Translations under genes and position numbers: made by a program
Shown here: positions 23,110-31,967 of the stretch, in pieces
Layout of the letters: each line of letters opens with the position of its first letter
Position numbering within the stretch: position 1 is the stretch's first letter
Assembly: GCA_002311855.1 (NCBI GenBank)
Contig: DCAB01000012.1
Span: forward strand, 42,523 to 106,522
From: Candidatus Dadabacteria bacterium UBA1144
GTDB lineage: Bacteria; Desulfobacterota_D; UBA1144
Length of the DNA: 64,000 nucleotides
Direction: 5' to 3'
Notes under the pieces: generated by a model
Database searches by the model: none
The model's input: the letters and a program-made list of their open reading frames with translations, nothing else
Told to the model about the DNA's origin: nothing

Positions 23110-23696
23110 CTAGTAAATATATTGGAACTATAATTAATTTTACGATGTATGAACAACAGCCAGGATTAATGGAGCAAATTATTGTTGGGTATTCTGTGTT
23201 CTTTTTGGCAGTTATGATTGTCGCCCCGATTCTTACATATTTCTGTGTTGGAGAAAGAGCATATTCTGATTTACAGCCAAACCAAAGATATGCACCAGCC
23301 TGGAAACGTGTTGTAGCCTATATAATAGATATTGGAATTCTCTGGGTATTACAGAAAGCTATAGTATTTTTAATAGGCCTTCTCCTTCTTTTTTTTGGTA
23401 CATTTGGAATCGCAGCTTCCGTGCTTTTGGTTATCGGGAGCTTGTTTTTGTATTGGCTTTATTTTGTTTTATTCCATACTTCAAATCAACAAGCAACACT
23501 AGGGATGAAAGTAATGAAAATTAGAATTTATGATAATCAACATCAAAGATTAAATTTCTGGAGAGCAACCGGACGATTTTATTCTGCTCCTTTGTCAACA
23601 ACAATCTTATTCATAGGGGATATAATGGTAATCTTCACTAAGAGAAAACAAGGACTGCACGATTTAATAGCCAAGACAATTCACTTGGAAGACTAG
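23106..23696 (+). CDS. RDD-family membrane protein
   Basis: 196 aa; 3-4 TM helices; conserved R..D..D pattern (WKRVVAYIIDIGI ... KRKQGLHDLIAKT); start overlaps the upstream stop by 4 nt. Confidence 0.65.
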   Translation: MTSKYIGTIINFTMYEQQPGLMEQIIVGYSVFFLAVMIVAPILTYFCVGERAYSDLQPNQRYAPAWKRVVAYIIDIGILWVLQKAIVFLIGLLLLFFGTFGIAASVLLVIGSLFLYWLYFVLFHTSNQQATLGMKVMKIRIYDNQHQRLNFWRATGRFYSAPLSTTILFIGDIMVIFTKRKQGLHDLIAKTIHLED

Positions 23697-23697
23697 G

Positions 23698-24693
23698 CTA
23701 ATCCCAATCTAGAGAGCCAGCGGTTTGATATTCCGTAACCCTCGTTTCGAAGAAGTTCTTTTCTTTGGACAAATCAACAGATTGAGACATCCATGGAAAC
23801 GGATTCTCACTTCCGTAATGTTTACCAAGATTTATCCTTTCAAGTCTTCTATCTGCAATATATTCAACGTACTCGCAGAATTGTTCTGGGTTGATACCAA
23901 GAAGGCCATTCGGACAAGCATCATATGCATACTCTTTCTCAAAGTCTACTGCTTTGATTATCAGATTTGTAATATCGGACTTGAAATCTTCTGTCCAGAC
24001 AGTAGGATTCTCTTCTTTTATTGTGTTAATTAAATCACAACCAAATGCAAGATGAATACTTTCGTCTCTCATAATGTATTCAAACTGCTCACCAATACCA
24101 ATCATTTTATTCTGCCTTTTTAGTGCTAACATCATTGCGAATCCGGCATAGAAAAACACGCCTTCCATTATTACGTAATACCCCACTACGTCGTGCAAGA
24201 ATTTTTTTATATCTTCAGTCGAATTAATTGCAAAATTTGGATCCATAATTGACTTAGTGAGGTCAACTACAAAATCATCTTTTTGTTTAATAGAAGGTAT
24301 CGTTTCATACATATTGTATATATAGTCTGGGTCTAAGCCTAAGGTGTCACAACAATAAATAAATGTGTCTGTATGTACGGCCTCTTCATATGCTTGTCTA
24401 AGAAGGTATTGTCTTGCTTCAGGATTAGTCACATGCTTATAAACTGTCAACACTATATTGTTCGCAGTAAGAGATTCCGCGGTAGAGAAAAAACCTAAAT
24501 TCCAGAGAATCATTCTCCTTTCAACTTCTGATAAAACATTGTTGGATTTCCATTGTTCGACATCTTTCTGCATTGAAATTTCTTCCGGAGTCCAGTTATT
24601 CGCAACTCCATCTTTATAATGGTCCCTGGCCCACATATACGTCATTGGCAGTATTTTGTTTGGATCAGTTGAATTATTACTTAGAATTGACAT
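23698..24693 (-). CDS. nrdB: ribonucleotide reductase class I beta subunit (R2)
   Basis: Di-iron/tyrosyl-radical R2 sequence. Start set at Met 24693 (MSILSNN...), which has the RBS AAAGGAGA 8 nt upstream. The ORF-track start at 24729 would overlap nrdA. Confidence 0.92.
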   Translation of the reverse strand: MSILSNNSTDPNKILPMTYMWARDHYKDGVANNWTPEEISMQKDVEQWKSNNVLSEVERRMILWNLGFFSTAESLTANNIVLTVYKHVTNPEARQYLLRQAYEEAVHTDTFIYCCDTLGLDPDYIYNMYETIPSIKQKDDFVVDLTKSIMDPNFAINSTEDIKKFLHDVVGYYVIMEGVFFYAGFAMMLALKRQNKMIGIGEQFEYIMRDESIHLAFGCDLINTIKEENPTVWTEDFKSDITNLIIKAVDFEKEYAYDACPNGLLGINPEQFCEYVEYIADRRLERINLGKHYGSENPFPWMSQSVDLSKEKNFFETRVTEYQTAGSLDWD

Positions 24694-24712
24694 GCTATTT
24701 CTCCTTTGACTA

Positions 24713-27532
24713 TTACTGACAAGCCTCACAGTCAGGGTCTGTTATTATACTACAGCTGCTCGTAACTTCGGTTGCAGGCCTATCATCACCAGCCTTTTCA
24801 TTTTGTAAAAACCCTTCATCGTTATCCACCTCTAGTTTCTTATGTTCTCTTTTTTGTGTATAACCAAATTGGCCTGCATCAAGAGTAGATTTTTCAATTT
24901 GACTGGCCGCTAAAGTCCTTAAGTAATAGGTAGTTTTTAAGCCCAGTTTCCATGCGGTTATATAAATTTCACTTAAGAGTTTACCGGATCCCCCTTGCAT
25001 AAAGATGTTAGTAGATTGACTTTGGTCAATCCATTTGCCCCTTACTGCACTATGTTTCAACAACATAAAAGGATCAATTGAAAAAGCCTCTTTGTATTTG
25101 TTCTTCAGTTGTTCAGGAATTTCATCAATTTTGTCTAGATTGCCATCTAAATATTTAATTTTATCAAGCATATCTTTGGACCAAAGATTTAGTTTTTTCA
25201 AATCGCTAACTAAGTATGAATTAACAACAGTAAATTCTCCACTGATATTTGATTTTACATATATATTTTTATAAATAGGTTCTATACAAGGAAAGCATCC
25301 CGCTATATTGGATATCGTAGCGGTTGGCGCAATAGCCATAGTATTCGAATTTCTCATACCATATTTTTTTACTTTGGCTCTTACTTCTTCCCATTTTAAA
25401 GATGTAATCTTATTAATTTCTATATTTGCCTTTCTTTCTTTTTCCAATAAAGAAAGAGTATCAAGAGGAAATATGCCTCTGTCCCATTTGGAACCATTAA
25501 ATGATTCGTATGATCCTCGTTCCTTAGCAAGTTCAGAGGATGTGAGAATGGCATTGTAAGATATAAATTCAAGCAGTTGATCAGAGAAATTAAGAGCTTT
25601 AGGTGATTCAAAAGGTAAATTAAGTTTGAAAAACACATCTTGAAGGCCCATAATTCCCAGTCCTATTGGTCTATGCTTGAGATTCGAATTTCTAGCTTCA
25701 ATAGTTGGATAGAAATTCAAATCAATTACATTATCCAACATTCTTATCGCTGTTTTAACGGTTTTCTGTAGCAATTCACGATCTAATTTCCCATCTAGAG
25801 TGATATGTTTCTCGAGATTTATCGAACCTAGATTGCATACGGCAGTCTCTTCAGGCGATGTATTTAAAGTTATTTCAGTACAAAGATTTGAACTATGGAC
25901 AACGCCAACATGATCTTGAGGAGATCTTATATTGCAAGGATCTTTGAATGTAATCCATGGATGTCCAGTTTCAAATATTCTTGTAAGCATTTTTTTCCAA
26001 AGATCAGGGGCCTGAATTTTTTTGAATTTTTTAATCTTTCCGGATTCAATTTGGTTTTCATAATTAGTGTAAACCTCTTCGAATTTGCTTCCATATGACT
26101 CATGGAGATTTGGGACTTCTTCAGGGGAAAAAAGGGTCCATTCTTTTTCTTCGACAACCCTCTTCATAAACAAATCCGGAATCCAATTAGCAGTATTCAT
26201 ATCGTGAGTTCTTCTTCTATCATCACCGGTATTTCGTCTTAAATCTAAGAAATCCTCAATATCAAGATGCCAAGTTTCTAGATATGCACATGTTGCGCCT
26301 CTTCTCTTACCGCTTCTATTTATTGCAACCGTAACATCATTTGCAATTTTTAAGAAAGGTATTACACCTTGGCTATCCACATTTGTACTATTAATTCTTG
26401 ATCCTGTTGCTCTAATATTGGTCCAATCATTGCCTAGACCACCAGACCACTTTGAAAGTTGAGCATTATCCCCCACACATTTAAAAATGTGGGATAAATC
26501 ATCACTTATTGTAGTCAAATAACACGAACTAAGTTGTGGATGAGGTGTGCCTGAATGAAAAAGTGTTGGGGTCGAGGAAACAAATTTCATAGACGAAAGT
26601 GTATTGTAAAATTCTAGCGCCCTTGCCTCTTTGTCCTTTTCATTCATCGCCATACCCATAGCGATTCTCATCCAGAATGCCTGTGGGAGTTCGAATCTTC
26701 TCTCATTGTCTTTGAGGAAATATCTTTCATACAAGGTTTGAATACCAATAAACTGAAAAAGGTCGTCTTTTTCCAAGCTAAGTGAATTACTCAATTTTTC
26801 TAAATCAAACTCCAGGAGTCTCTTATCTAAGTAATTGTTTTCAGTTCCAAATTTTATACCATCTATAAAAGTCCTCCTATATTCCGCATCAATTGTATCT
26901 TCGTTAACAGAAACTTCCATTGCTTCCTTGTACAACCTTTGGAGAAAGAGTTTTGCCGACAACTTACTGTAGTCTGGGTCTCTTTCGATAAAGGCTGTTG
27001 CTGAGAGAATAAGAGCTCTCTCTATATCGGAAGTTGATGCTCCATCAAAAATATTTCTTGTTAATTCCTTAATGATAAGATCAGGCGAAGTAGTGGTAGA
27101 ATATCCTTCACAAGCTTTAGATATCGTCTGCCTAATTTTTTGTGGGTTAAAAAGAACTGTGCGCCCATCTTTTTTTCTAATCTTAAGTTTTCCTAGTTCT
27201 GCTTTTTGTGCAACCTTTTCTCTCTGTTGTTCTCTTTCTTTAGATCTTTCTGCTCTATAAATTATGTATCTACGAGCGACTGCAAACATATCCGCTCTTA
27301 TTAAATGTTTTTCAACAATATCTTGTATGTTCTCCACGTTTGGATAAAATTCCGTAAATCTTATCAGAATCTCTTCTTCTATTTCACTAGTTAGTTCAGA
27401 AACCTGAATATCACTATACTCTTCATCTCCAGCCTTGATAGCTGCACCAATAGCATTGAAAATTCTTGTATAATCAAATCCTACTACTTCACCCGATCTT
27501 TTAACAACTAATACCTTCTCAATCTGATCCAT
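24713..27532 (-). CDS. nrdA: ribonucleotide reductase class I alpha subunit with two N-terminal ATP-cone domains
   Basis: 939 aa; two ATP cones (VVKRSGEVVGFDYTRI... and IRKKDGRTVLFNPQKI...); catalytic core; C-terminal CxxC redox pair ...DPDCEACQ. Confidence 0.95.
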   Translation of the reverse strand: MDQIEKVLVVKRSGEVVGFDYTRIFNAIGAAIKAGDEEYSDIQVSELTSEIEEEILIRFTEFYPNVENIQDIVEKHLIRADMFAVARRYIIYRAERSKEREQQREKVAQKAELGKLKIRKKDGRTVLFNPQKIRQTISKACEGYSTTTSPDLIIKELTRNIFDGASTSDIERALILSATAFIERDPDYSKLSAKLFLQRLYKEAMEVSVNEDTIDAEYRRTFIDGIKFGTENNYLDKRLLEFDLEKLSNSLSLEKDDLFQFIGIQTLYERYFLKDNERRFELPQAFWMRIAMGMAMNEKDKEARALEFYNTLSSMKFVSSTPTLFHSGTPHPQLSSCYLTTISDDLSHIFKCVGDNAQLSKWSGGLGNDWTNIRATGSRINSTNVDSQGVIPFLKIANDVTVAINRSGKRRGATCAYLETWHLDIEDFLDLRRNTGDDRRRTHDMNTANWIPDLFMKRVVEEKEWTLFSPEEVPNLHESYGSKFEEVYTNYENQIESGKIKKFKKIQAPDLWKKMLTRIFETGHPWITFKDPCNIRSPQDHVGVVHSSNLCTEITLNTSPEETAVCNLGSINLEKHITLDGKLDRELLQKTVKTAIRMLDNVIDLNFYPTIEARNSNLKHRPIGLGIMGLQDVFFKLNLPFESPKALNFSDQLLEFISYNAILTSSELAKERGSYESFNGSKWDRGIFPLDTLSLLEKERKANIEINKITSLKWEEVRAKVKKYGMRNSNTMAIAPTATISNIAGCFPCIEPIYKNIYVKSNISGEFTVVNSYLVSDLKKLNLWSKDMLDKIKYLDGNLDKIDEIPEQLKNKYKEAFSIDPFMLLKHSAVRGKWIDQSQSTNIFMQGGSGKLLSEIYITAWKLGLKTTYYLRTLAASQIEKSTLDAGQFGYTQKREHKKLEVDNDEGFLQNEKAGDDRPATEVTSSCSIITDPDCEACQ

Positions 27533-27565
27533 AAGATTATCTCAAAACCTTCCCTCGCTCCTTTT

Positions 27566-27640
27566 AAAAAACTTCAGAGGCAAGGAAAGGCCTTAACGGG
27601 GTGCAAAAGGGGATATTTTCGACCTCTCCTTGCCCCAAGG
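27566..27640 (-). promoter_or_regulatory. GC-rich structured element in the nrdA 5' leader (candidate attenuator or riboswitch-like)
   Basis: minus-strand RNA: long-range helix GGCAAGGAgAGG / CCUuUCCUUGCC enclosing 32 nt, competing with hairpin CCUUG-GGG-CAAGG; U6 tract follows; sits between the NrdR boxes and the nrdA SD (GGGAAGG). Confidence 0.3.
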
Positions 27641-27678
27641 TATAACCACTTTCCACTAGTACATCTAAAGGACAATTT

Positions 27679-27694
27679 AACAACATATTGTGAT
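27679..27694. promoter_or_regulatory. NrdR-box candidate (box 2, degenerate)
   Basis: aACAACATATTGTGat is an imperfect palindrome; its centre lies about 31-32 bp from box 1, which is the canonical tandem NrdR-box spacing. Confidence 0.25.
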
Positions 27695-27709
27695 TACGTA
27701 CTCATTAAA

Positions 27710-27725
27710 CCACTATATATAGTAG
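27710..27725. promoter_or_regulatory. NrdR-box candidate (box 1)
   Basis: cCACTATATATAGTag matches the NrdR palindrome acaCwAtATaTwGtgt at 14/16; upstream of nrdAB; also -10-like. Confidence 0.5.
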
Positions 27726-27938
27726 GAGTCAAGTAAAATTTTGGGAAATATAAAATAAATAAAATGCTAATAATATAAGATAATTAGACTAATTGATCAG
27801 AGTTTTTGCTTGAAAAACTAATGGGATATCGAAAGCTTTAAGGCGCAATTATCTAAAGTCAATGCCAAATATCAATTATAGACAGGCTGATTAATGAATT
27901 GTTTTAAATAGGCAATTTTTTAATATAATATAGTTTAT

Positions 27939-29015
27939 ATGTCTTTGTTAGATAATCAGCTTTTCAATCTAATGATATTTGGAAATCCTGCCTGGAAATG
28001 GGGACTTGCGCTTTTAATGACTTTTATCTTCTTCGTAGTTGCAGGTTTTTGTAAGCGTTTTGCTGAAAAAAATCTATATGCATTAGCAAAAAAAACGAAA
28101 ACTAATGTTGATGATTATCTATTTGAAATACTCTCAACAATATCTCCCATTTTTGTATTAGGTGTTTCTCTATACACGGCAACTAAAATAATTTATTTGG
28201 ATCAAAATGTTGATGAAATTGTTGGTCAAATTTTTATATTGGTTCTTTTTTGGCAACTGACTAAATGGGCAGTGCTAATAGCAAACACGATATTTACCAG
28301 ATACAAGGATATAAAAGCCAAGCACCGTGACATGCATGGGGTAACCGCAATTAATGGCCTTAATGCCATTGTTAAGTTTACAATTTGGTTTATTTTCTTA
28401 ATGCTAGCATTAGATAATTTGGGTGTCGATATCACAGCACTTGTTGCCGGGCTAGGTATTGGAGGTCTTGCCATTGCATTAGCAGCTCAGAGCATACTTG
28501 GTGATCTTTTCGCATCTCTTACAATAATGATTGATAAACCGATAGCGCTTGGAGATTATATCGTGGTTGGTGATTTCTCGGGCAGCGTTAAATCCATTGG
28601 CATAAAAAGCACAAAAATTGAGAGCGTAACTGGTGAAGAGATTATCATTTCGAACTCAGATTTACTTAACAGCAGATTAAGAAACTACCAAAAAACTAGA
28701 ATGCAGAAACGAAGGACTACAATTGGATTAGGTGTTGTCTATGAAACAAGTTATGAAAAACTTAATAGAATTCAAAGTATATTAGAAGAGATAGTGAACG
28801 CATCTAAAAGTACAGAATTTGTTAGAGCGAGTTTTATTGAGTTCGCCGATTTTTCGTTAAATTTCGAACTTGTTTATGATGTTCTCAGTCCTGACTATCC
28901 TCAATACATTGAAATAAATCATCAGGTTCGGTTAAAAATCTTTGAAACCTTTAGCAAAGAAGATCTTCAATTCGCTTTCCCAACTAGAACCATACACATA
29001 GTTAAAGATACTTAA
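27939..29015 (+). CDS. mechanosensitive ion channel, MscS family
   Basis: 358 aa; N-terminal TM helices plus conserved MscS beta-domain ...DKPIALGDYIVVGDFSGSVKSIGIKSTKIESVTGEEIIISNS. Confidence 0.85.
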   Translation: MSLLDNQLFNLMIFGNPAWKWGLALLMTFIFFVVAGFCKRFAEKNLYALAKKTKTNVDDYLFEILSTISPIFVLGVSLYTATKIIYLDQNVDEIVGQIFILVLFWQLTKWAVLIANTIFTRYKDIKAKHRDMHGVTAINGLNAIVKFTIWFIFLMLALDNLGVDITALVAGLGIGGLAIALAAQSILGDLFASLTIMIDKPIALGDYIVVGDFSGSVKSIGIKSTKIESVTGEEIIISNSDLLNSRLRNYQKTRMQKRRTTIGLGVVYETSYEKLNRIQSILEEIVNASKSTEFVRASFIEFADFSLNFELVYDVLSPDYPQYIEINHQVRLKIFETFSKEDLQFAFPTRTIHIVKDT

Positions 29016-29229
29016 TGTTCATAGAAAATGATTTTTTTAAAATAGTATTACTTATATTCATTAAACAATAAAAATGGAAAGATTGAATCATTTTGGAATT
29101 TTTTCACCGTATCTTCACCTCCAATTGGGACAAAAAATACGATAAGATTCAATAAATATTAAATTAAATTAGAAATTCTTTGTGGGATTAATTTTAAGGA
29201 TATCCAAAAAATTATAATTTGTTTTAAAA

Positions 29230-30636
29230 GTGTATATATCTTATATTCTCCAGGTGATTAAGAAAATTTGGAATGGAAGATTTAAGAATGTTAGTAATAG
29301 CAAAGTAGAAAAGTTTTCTTCTTCCTTGGATATTGATAAAAGTCTTTATTCTTTTGACATTCGAGGATCAATTGCGCATGTAGAGATGCTTTCTAAGCAG
29401 AAAATCATTTCAATATCTGACAAACAAAAAATTACTAAAGCTCTTAATCAAGCAAAAAAAGAAATAGAAAAGGGAACATTTAATTTTGCTACAGAACTTG
29501 AAGATATTCACATGAATATCGAACATGCAATAACAAAAAAAATCGGCAATTTCGGTAAAAAGATTCATACTGCGAGAAGCAGAAACGACCAAGTGGTAAC
29601 CGATGTAAAACTTTATATAAAGGAAATTGCAGGTAACCTTAGGAAAAATCTTGTAGCCCTTCAAAAAAATATTATTAAGAACTCCGAAAAAAATCTCGAA
29701 TTAATAATTCCTTTTTATACTCATTTGCAAAGTGCTCAGCCTATTCTCCTTTCTCATTATTTATTGGCCTTCTTCGAAATGTTCTTAAGAGATATCAATA
29801 GAATTGATGGTGCGATGTACAGACTAGATGAAAATCCTTTGGGATCGTGTGCTGGAGCTGGGACCTCTTTTAATATCGACAGATTTAGTACGACAAAAAA
29901 ACTTAATTTTAGAATCCCTACAAGAAATAGTCTTGACTCGGTAAGCGATAGGGATTTTATAGTCGATTCAATATATTGTTGCTCAATGATTATGATGCAT
30001 CTTTCGAGATTTTGTGAAGATTTAATAATCTGGAATAGTTCAGAATTTGGCTTTATTAAGATAGCCGATGGGTACACAACGGGATCGAGTATTATGCCTC
30101 AAAAAAAGAATCCCGATATATTGGAATTAATCAGAGGGAAATGTGGAACAGTATACGGAAATTTAATAAATATTCTAACAAACCTCAAAGGTCTACCTCT
30201 GAGCTACAATAGGGACCTACAAGAAGATAAATTCCCACTTTTTTCATCTTTAAAGATAGCCAATGAATGTGTCGATATATTTAAAGATCTTTTAGATTCA
30301 ATAAAATTTGACAACGTGTCAATTCAAAGAAGTTTGAATCTAGGTTTTCTTACAGCTACCGACTTAGGGGATTATTTAACCAGAAAAGGGCTTGCTTTTA
30401 GAGACGCTCACCATATCACTGGGAAAATAATTGCATATTGCGAAAAAAACAATAGAAATCTCGATGAGATCAAAATCGAAGAATTTAAAAAATTCTCGAA
30501 ATTGATAAATAAGGACGTGTACAAATTTATTTCAATTGATAGTTCGGTATCCTCAAGAAATTCCTACGGTGGTACTTCCAGAACAAATGTCAAGAAAATG
30601 ATTACAGAATACAAAAAAATCCTTTCCAAATTGTAA
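29230..30636 (+). CDS. argH: argininosuccinate lyase
   Basis: 468 aa; KIWNGRF N-terminus; fumarate-lyase family signature region; GTG start (alternative GTG at about 29254). Confidence 0.9.
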   Translation: MYISYILQVIKKIWNGRFKNVSNSKVEKFSSSLDIDKSLYSFDIRGSIAHVEMLSKQKIISISDKQKITKALNQAKKEIEKGTFNFATELEDIHMNIEHAITKKIGNFGKKIHTARSRNDQVVTDVKLYIKEIAGNLRKNLVALQKNIIKNSEKNLELIIPFYTHLQSAQPILLSHYLLAFFEMFLRDINRIDGAMYRLDENPLGSCAGAGTSFNIDRFSTTKKLNFRIPTRNSLDSVSDRDFIVDSIYCCSMIMMHLSRFCEDLIIWNSSEFGFIKIADGYTTGSSIMPQKKNPDILELIRGKCGTVYGNLINILTNLKGLPLSYNRDLQEDKFPLFSSLKIANECVDIFKDLLDSIKFDNVSIQRSLNLGFLTATDLGDYLTRKGLAFRDAHHITGKIIAYCEKNNRNLDEIKIEEFKKFSKLINKDVYKFISIDSSVSSRNSYGGTSRTNVKKMITEYKKILSKL

Positions 30637-30706
30637 ATATCAAATTTTCTCAATTGATTATTGAATTTAAAATTCCATAATAGTAAAACTTATTTTGTAT
30701 TTGTTT

Positions 30707-30780
30707 GGCCCCTTCGTCTAGTTGGTTAAGGACGTTGCCCTCTCAAGGCAGAAACACGGGTTCAAATCCCGTAGGGGCTA
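30707..30780 (+). tRNA. tRNA-Glu (anticodon CUC)
   Basis: cloverleaf folded by hand: acceptor GGCCCCU/AGGGGCU, D-arm GUCU...GGAC, anticodon stem UUGCC/GGCAG with loop CUCUCAA, T-arm ACGGG-UUCAAAU-CCCGU; close to bacterial tRNA-Glu; no encoded CCA. Confidence 0.8.
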
Positions 30781-30829
30781 TTTGATTCTACTAACTTGAG
30801 CTTAAATATTTGTTGTTTAAAATAACTCC

Positions 30830-31189
30830 ATGAGCAAGATTGAAACTTTTCCTAACAAAGTAAAAAATAGGAATTACAATATAAATATAACCTGTCCCGA
30901 GTTTACATCCATATGTCCTAAAACGGGACAGCCGGATTTCGCTATAATTAAAATCTCATATATTCCAGATAAACTATGCATCGAATTAAAATCATTTAAG
31001 CTCTATATGTTTTCTTATAGAAATATCGGCGAATTCCACGAACATGTAACAAACAAAATTTTAGATGATTTTGTTAAAGCCTGCAACCCTAAATATGCCT
31101 CAATCACGGGAGATTTTAATGTTAGAGGAGGTATTAAGACAGTTGTTGAAGCCGAATATAAAAAAAAGAATAAATCAAGAAAATTTTAG
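30830..31189 (+). CDS. queF: NADPH-dependent 7-cyano-7-deazaguanine reductase (type I QueF)
   Basis: 119 aa; catalytic Cys context FTSICPKTGQPDFA; QueF motif E-L-K-S-F-K-L-Y. Confidence 0.88.
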   Translation: MSKIETFPNKVKNRNYNINITCPEFTSICPKTGQPDFAIIKISYIPDKLCIELKSFKLYMFSYRNIGEFHEHVTNKILDDFVKACNPKYASITGDFNVRGGIKTVVEAEYKKKNKSRKF

Positions 31190-31967
31190 TAGTCTTGTCG
31201 CTTTATTAATCATCTTTGCTCTTGTCCTTTTTTCATTATTCCCTGAATTTTTCTCACCATATTCCCCCTTTAAATCAGATTTTGAGAATATTCTTCAATC
31301 ACCTTCAGAAAAGCATCTCTTTGGAACTGATGAACTTGGTCGGGATATTTTAAGCAGGATAATATATGGAACTAGAATATCTATATCAATTGCTTTTTTT
31401 ACCTCAGTTATCTCCTTGATATTCGGAACACTATATGGATCCATATCAGGAATGAAAGGTGGTATTTTTGACGAAATATTAATGAAAATAGTAGATGTTT
31501 TTTATTCGATTCCTGATCTTCTTTTGATTTCTATCTTTGTTCTAATTTTTGGCAAAGGGATAATAGGAATAACAGTTGCTTTATCCTTGTTGAGCTGGAT
31601 GAGAGTGGCAAGAATTTCTAGAGGAACGGTATTAGAACTCAAAAATAGACCTTTTGTCCTAAGCGCAAAAGTCATGGGCTTCAGCGATTTGAGAATTATA
31701 TTTAAAGAACTTCTTCCTAATATGTTATCTCCTTTAATTGTAACCTTTACATTTACAATTCCTTCAGTAATTCTTGCTGAATCAACTCTAAGTTTCTTAG
31801 GTCTCGGCATATCTCCCCCGGATGTAAGTTGGGGTCTAATGGCAAACAATGGCTGGCAAGGAATTAGAAGCTACCCTCATTTGATAATTTTTCCTTGTTT
31901 AGCAATTTTTGTATCGACAATTACATTTCTAAAGATTGGAGATTATCTTAAGCTAAAAGTTAAGTAA
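31119..31967 (+). CDS. ABC transporter permease, DppC/OppC (peptide/nickel) type; start uncertain
   Basis: Intact DppC-like fold including the EAA-like region. There is no ATG/GTG/TTG in frame after the queF stop at 31189. In-frame Met codons exist only inside queF at 31065, 31095 and 31119; 31119 would overlap queF by 71 nt. No adjacent ATPase or second permease. Confidence 0.6.
   Translation: MLEEVLRQLLKPNIKKRINQENFSSLVALLIIFALVLFSLFPEFFSPYSPFKSDFENILQSPSEKHLFGTDELGRDILSRIIYGTRISISIAFFTSVISLIFGTLYGSISGMKGGIFDEILMKIVDVFYSIPDLLLISIFVLIFGKGIIGITVALSLLSWMRVARISRGTVLELKNRPFVLSAKVMGFSDLRIIFKELLPNMLSPLIVTFTFTIPSVILAESTLSFLGLGISPPDVSWGLMANNGWQGIRSYPHLIIFPCLAIFVSTITFLKIGDYLKLKVK

Noticed and set aside
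24694-24729. nrdB start at 24729 (overlapping nrdA by 17 nt)
   Set aside because: The internal Met at 24693 has a canonical AGGAGA RBS and gives a normal R2 N-terminus.
27540-27700. Cobalamin riboswitch upstream of nrdAB
   Set aside because: Only vague similarity (GGAAAGUGG, GCACCCCG). There is no GCCACUG B12 box and the element is too short. It is kept as an unclassified structured leader instead.
29090-29160. 23-codon mini-ORF (MERLNHFGIFSPYLHLQLGQKIR) upstream of argH as an Arg-attenuation leader peptide
   Set aside because: It contains no Arg-rich run and there is no downstream terminator/antiterminator pairing. Most likely fortuitous.
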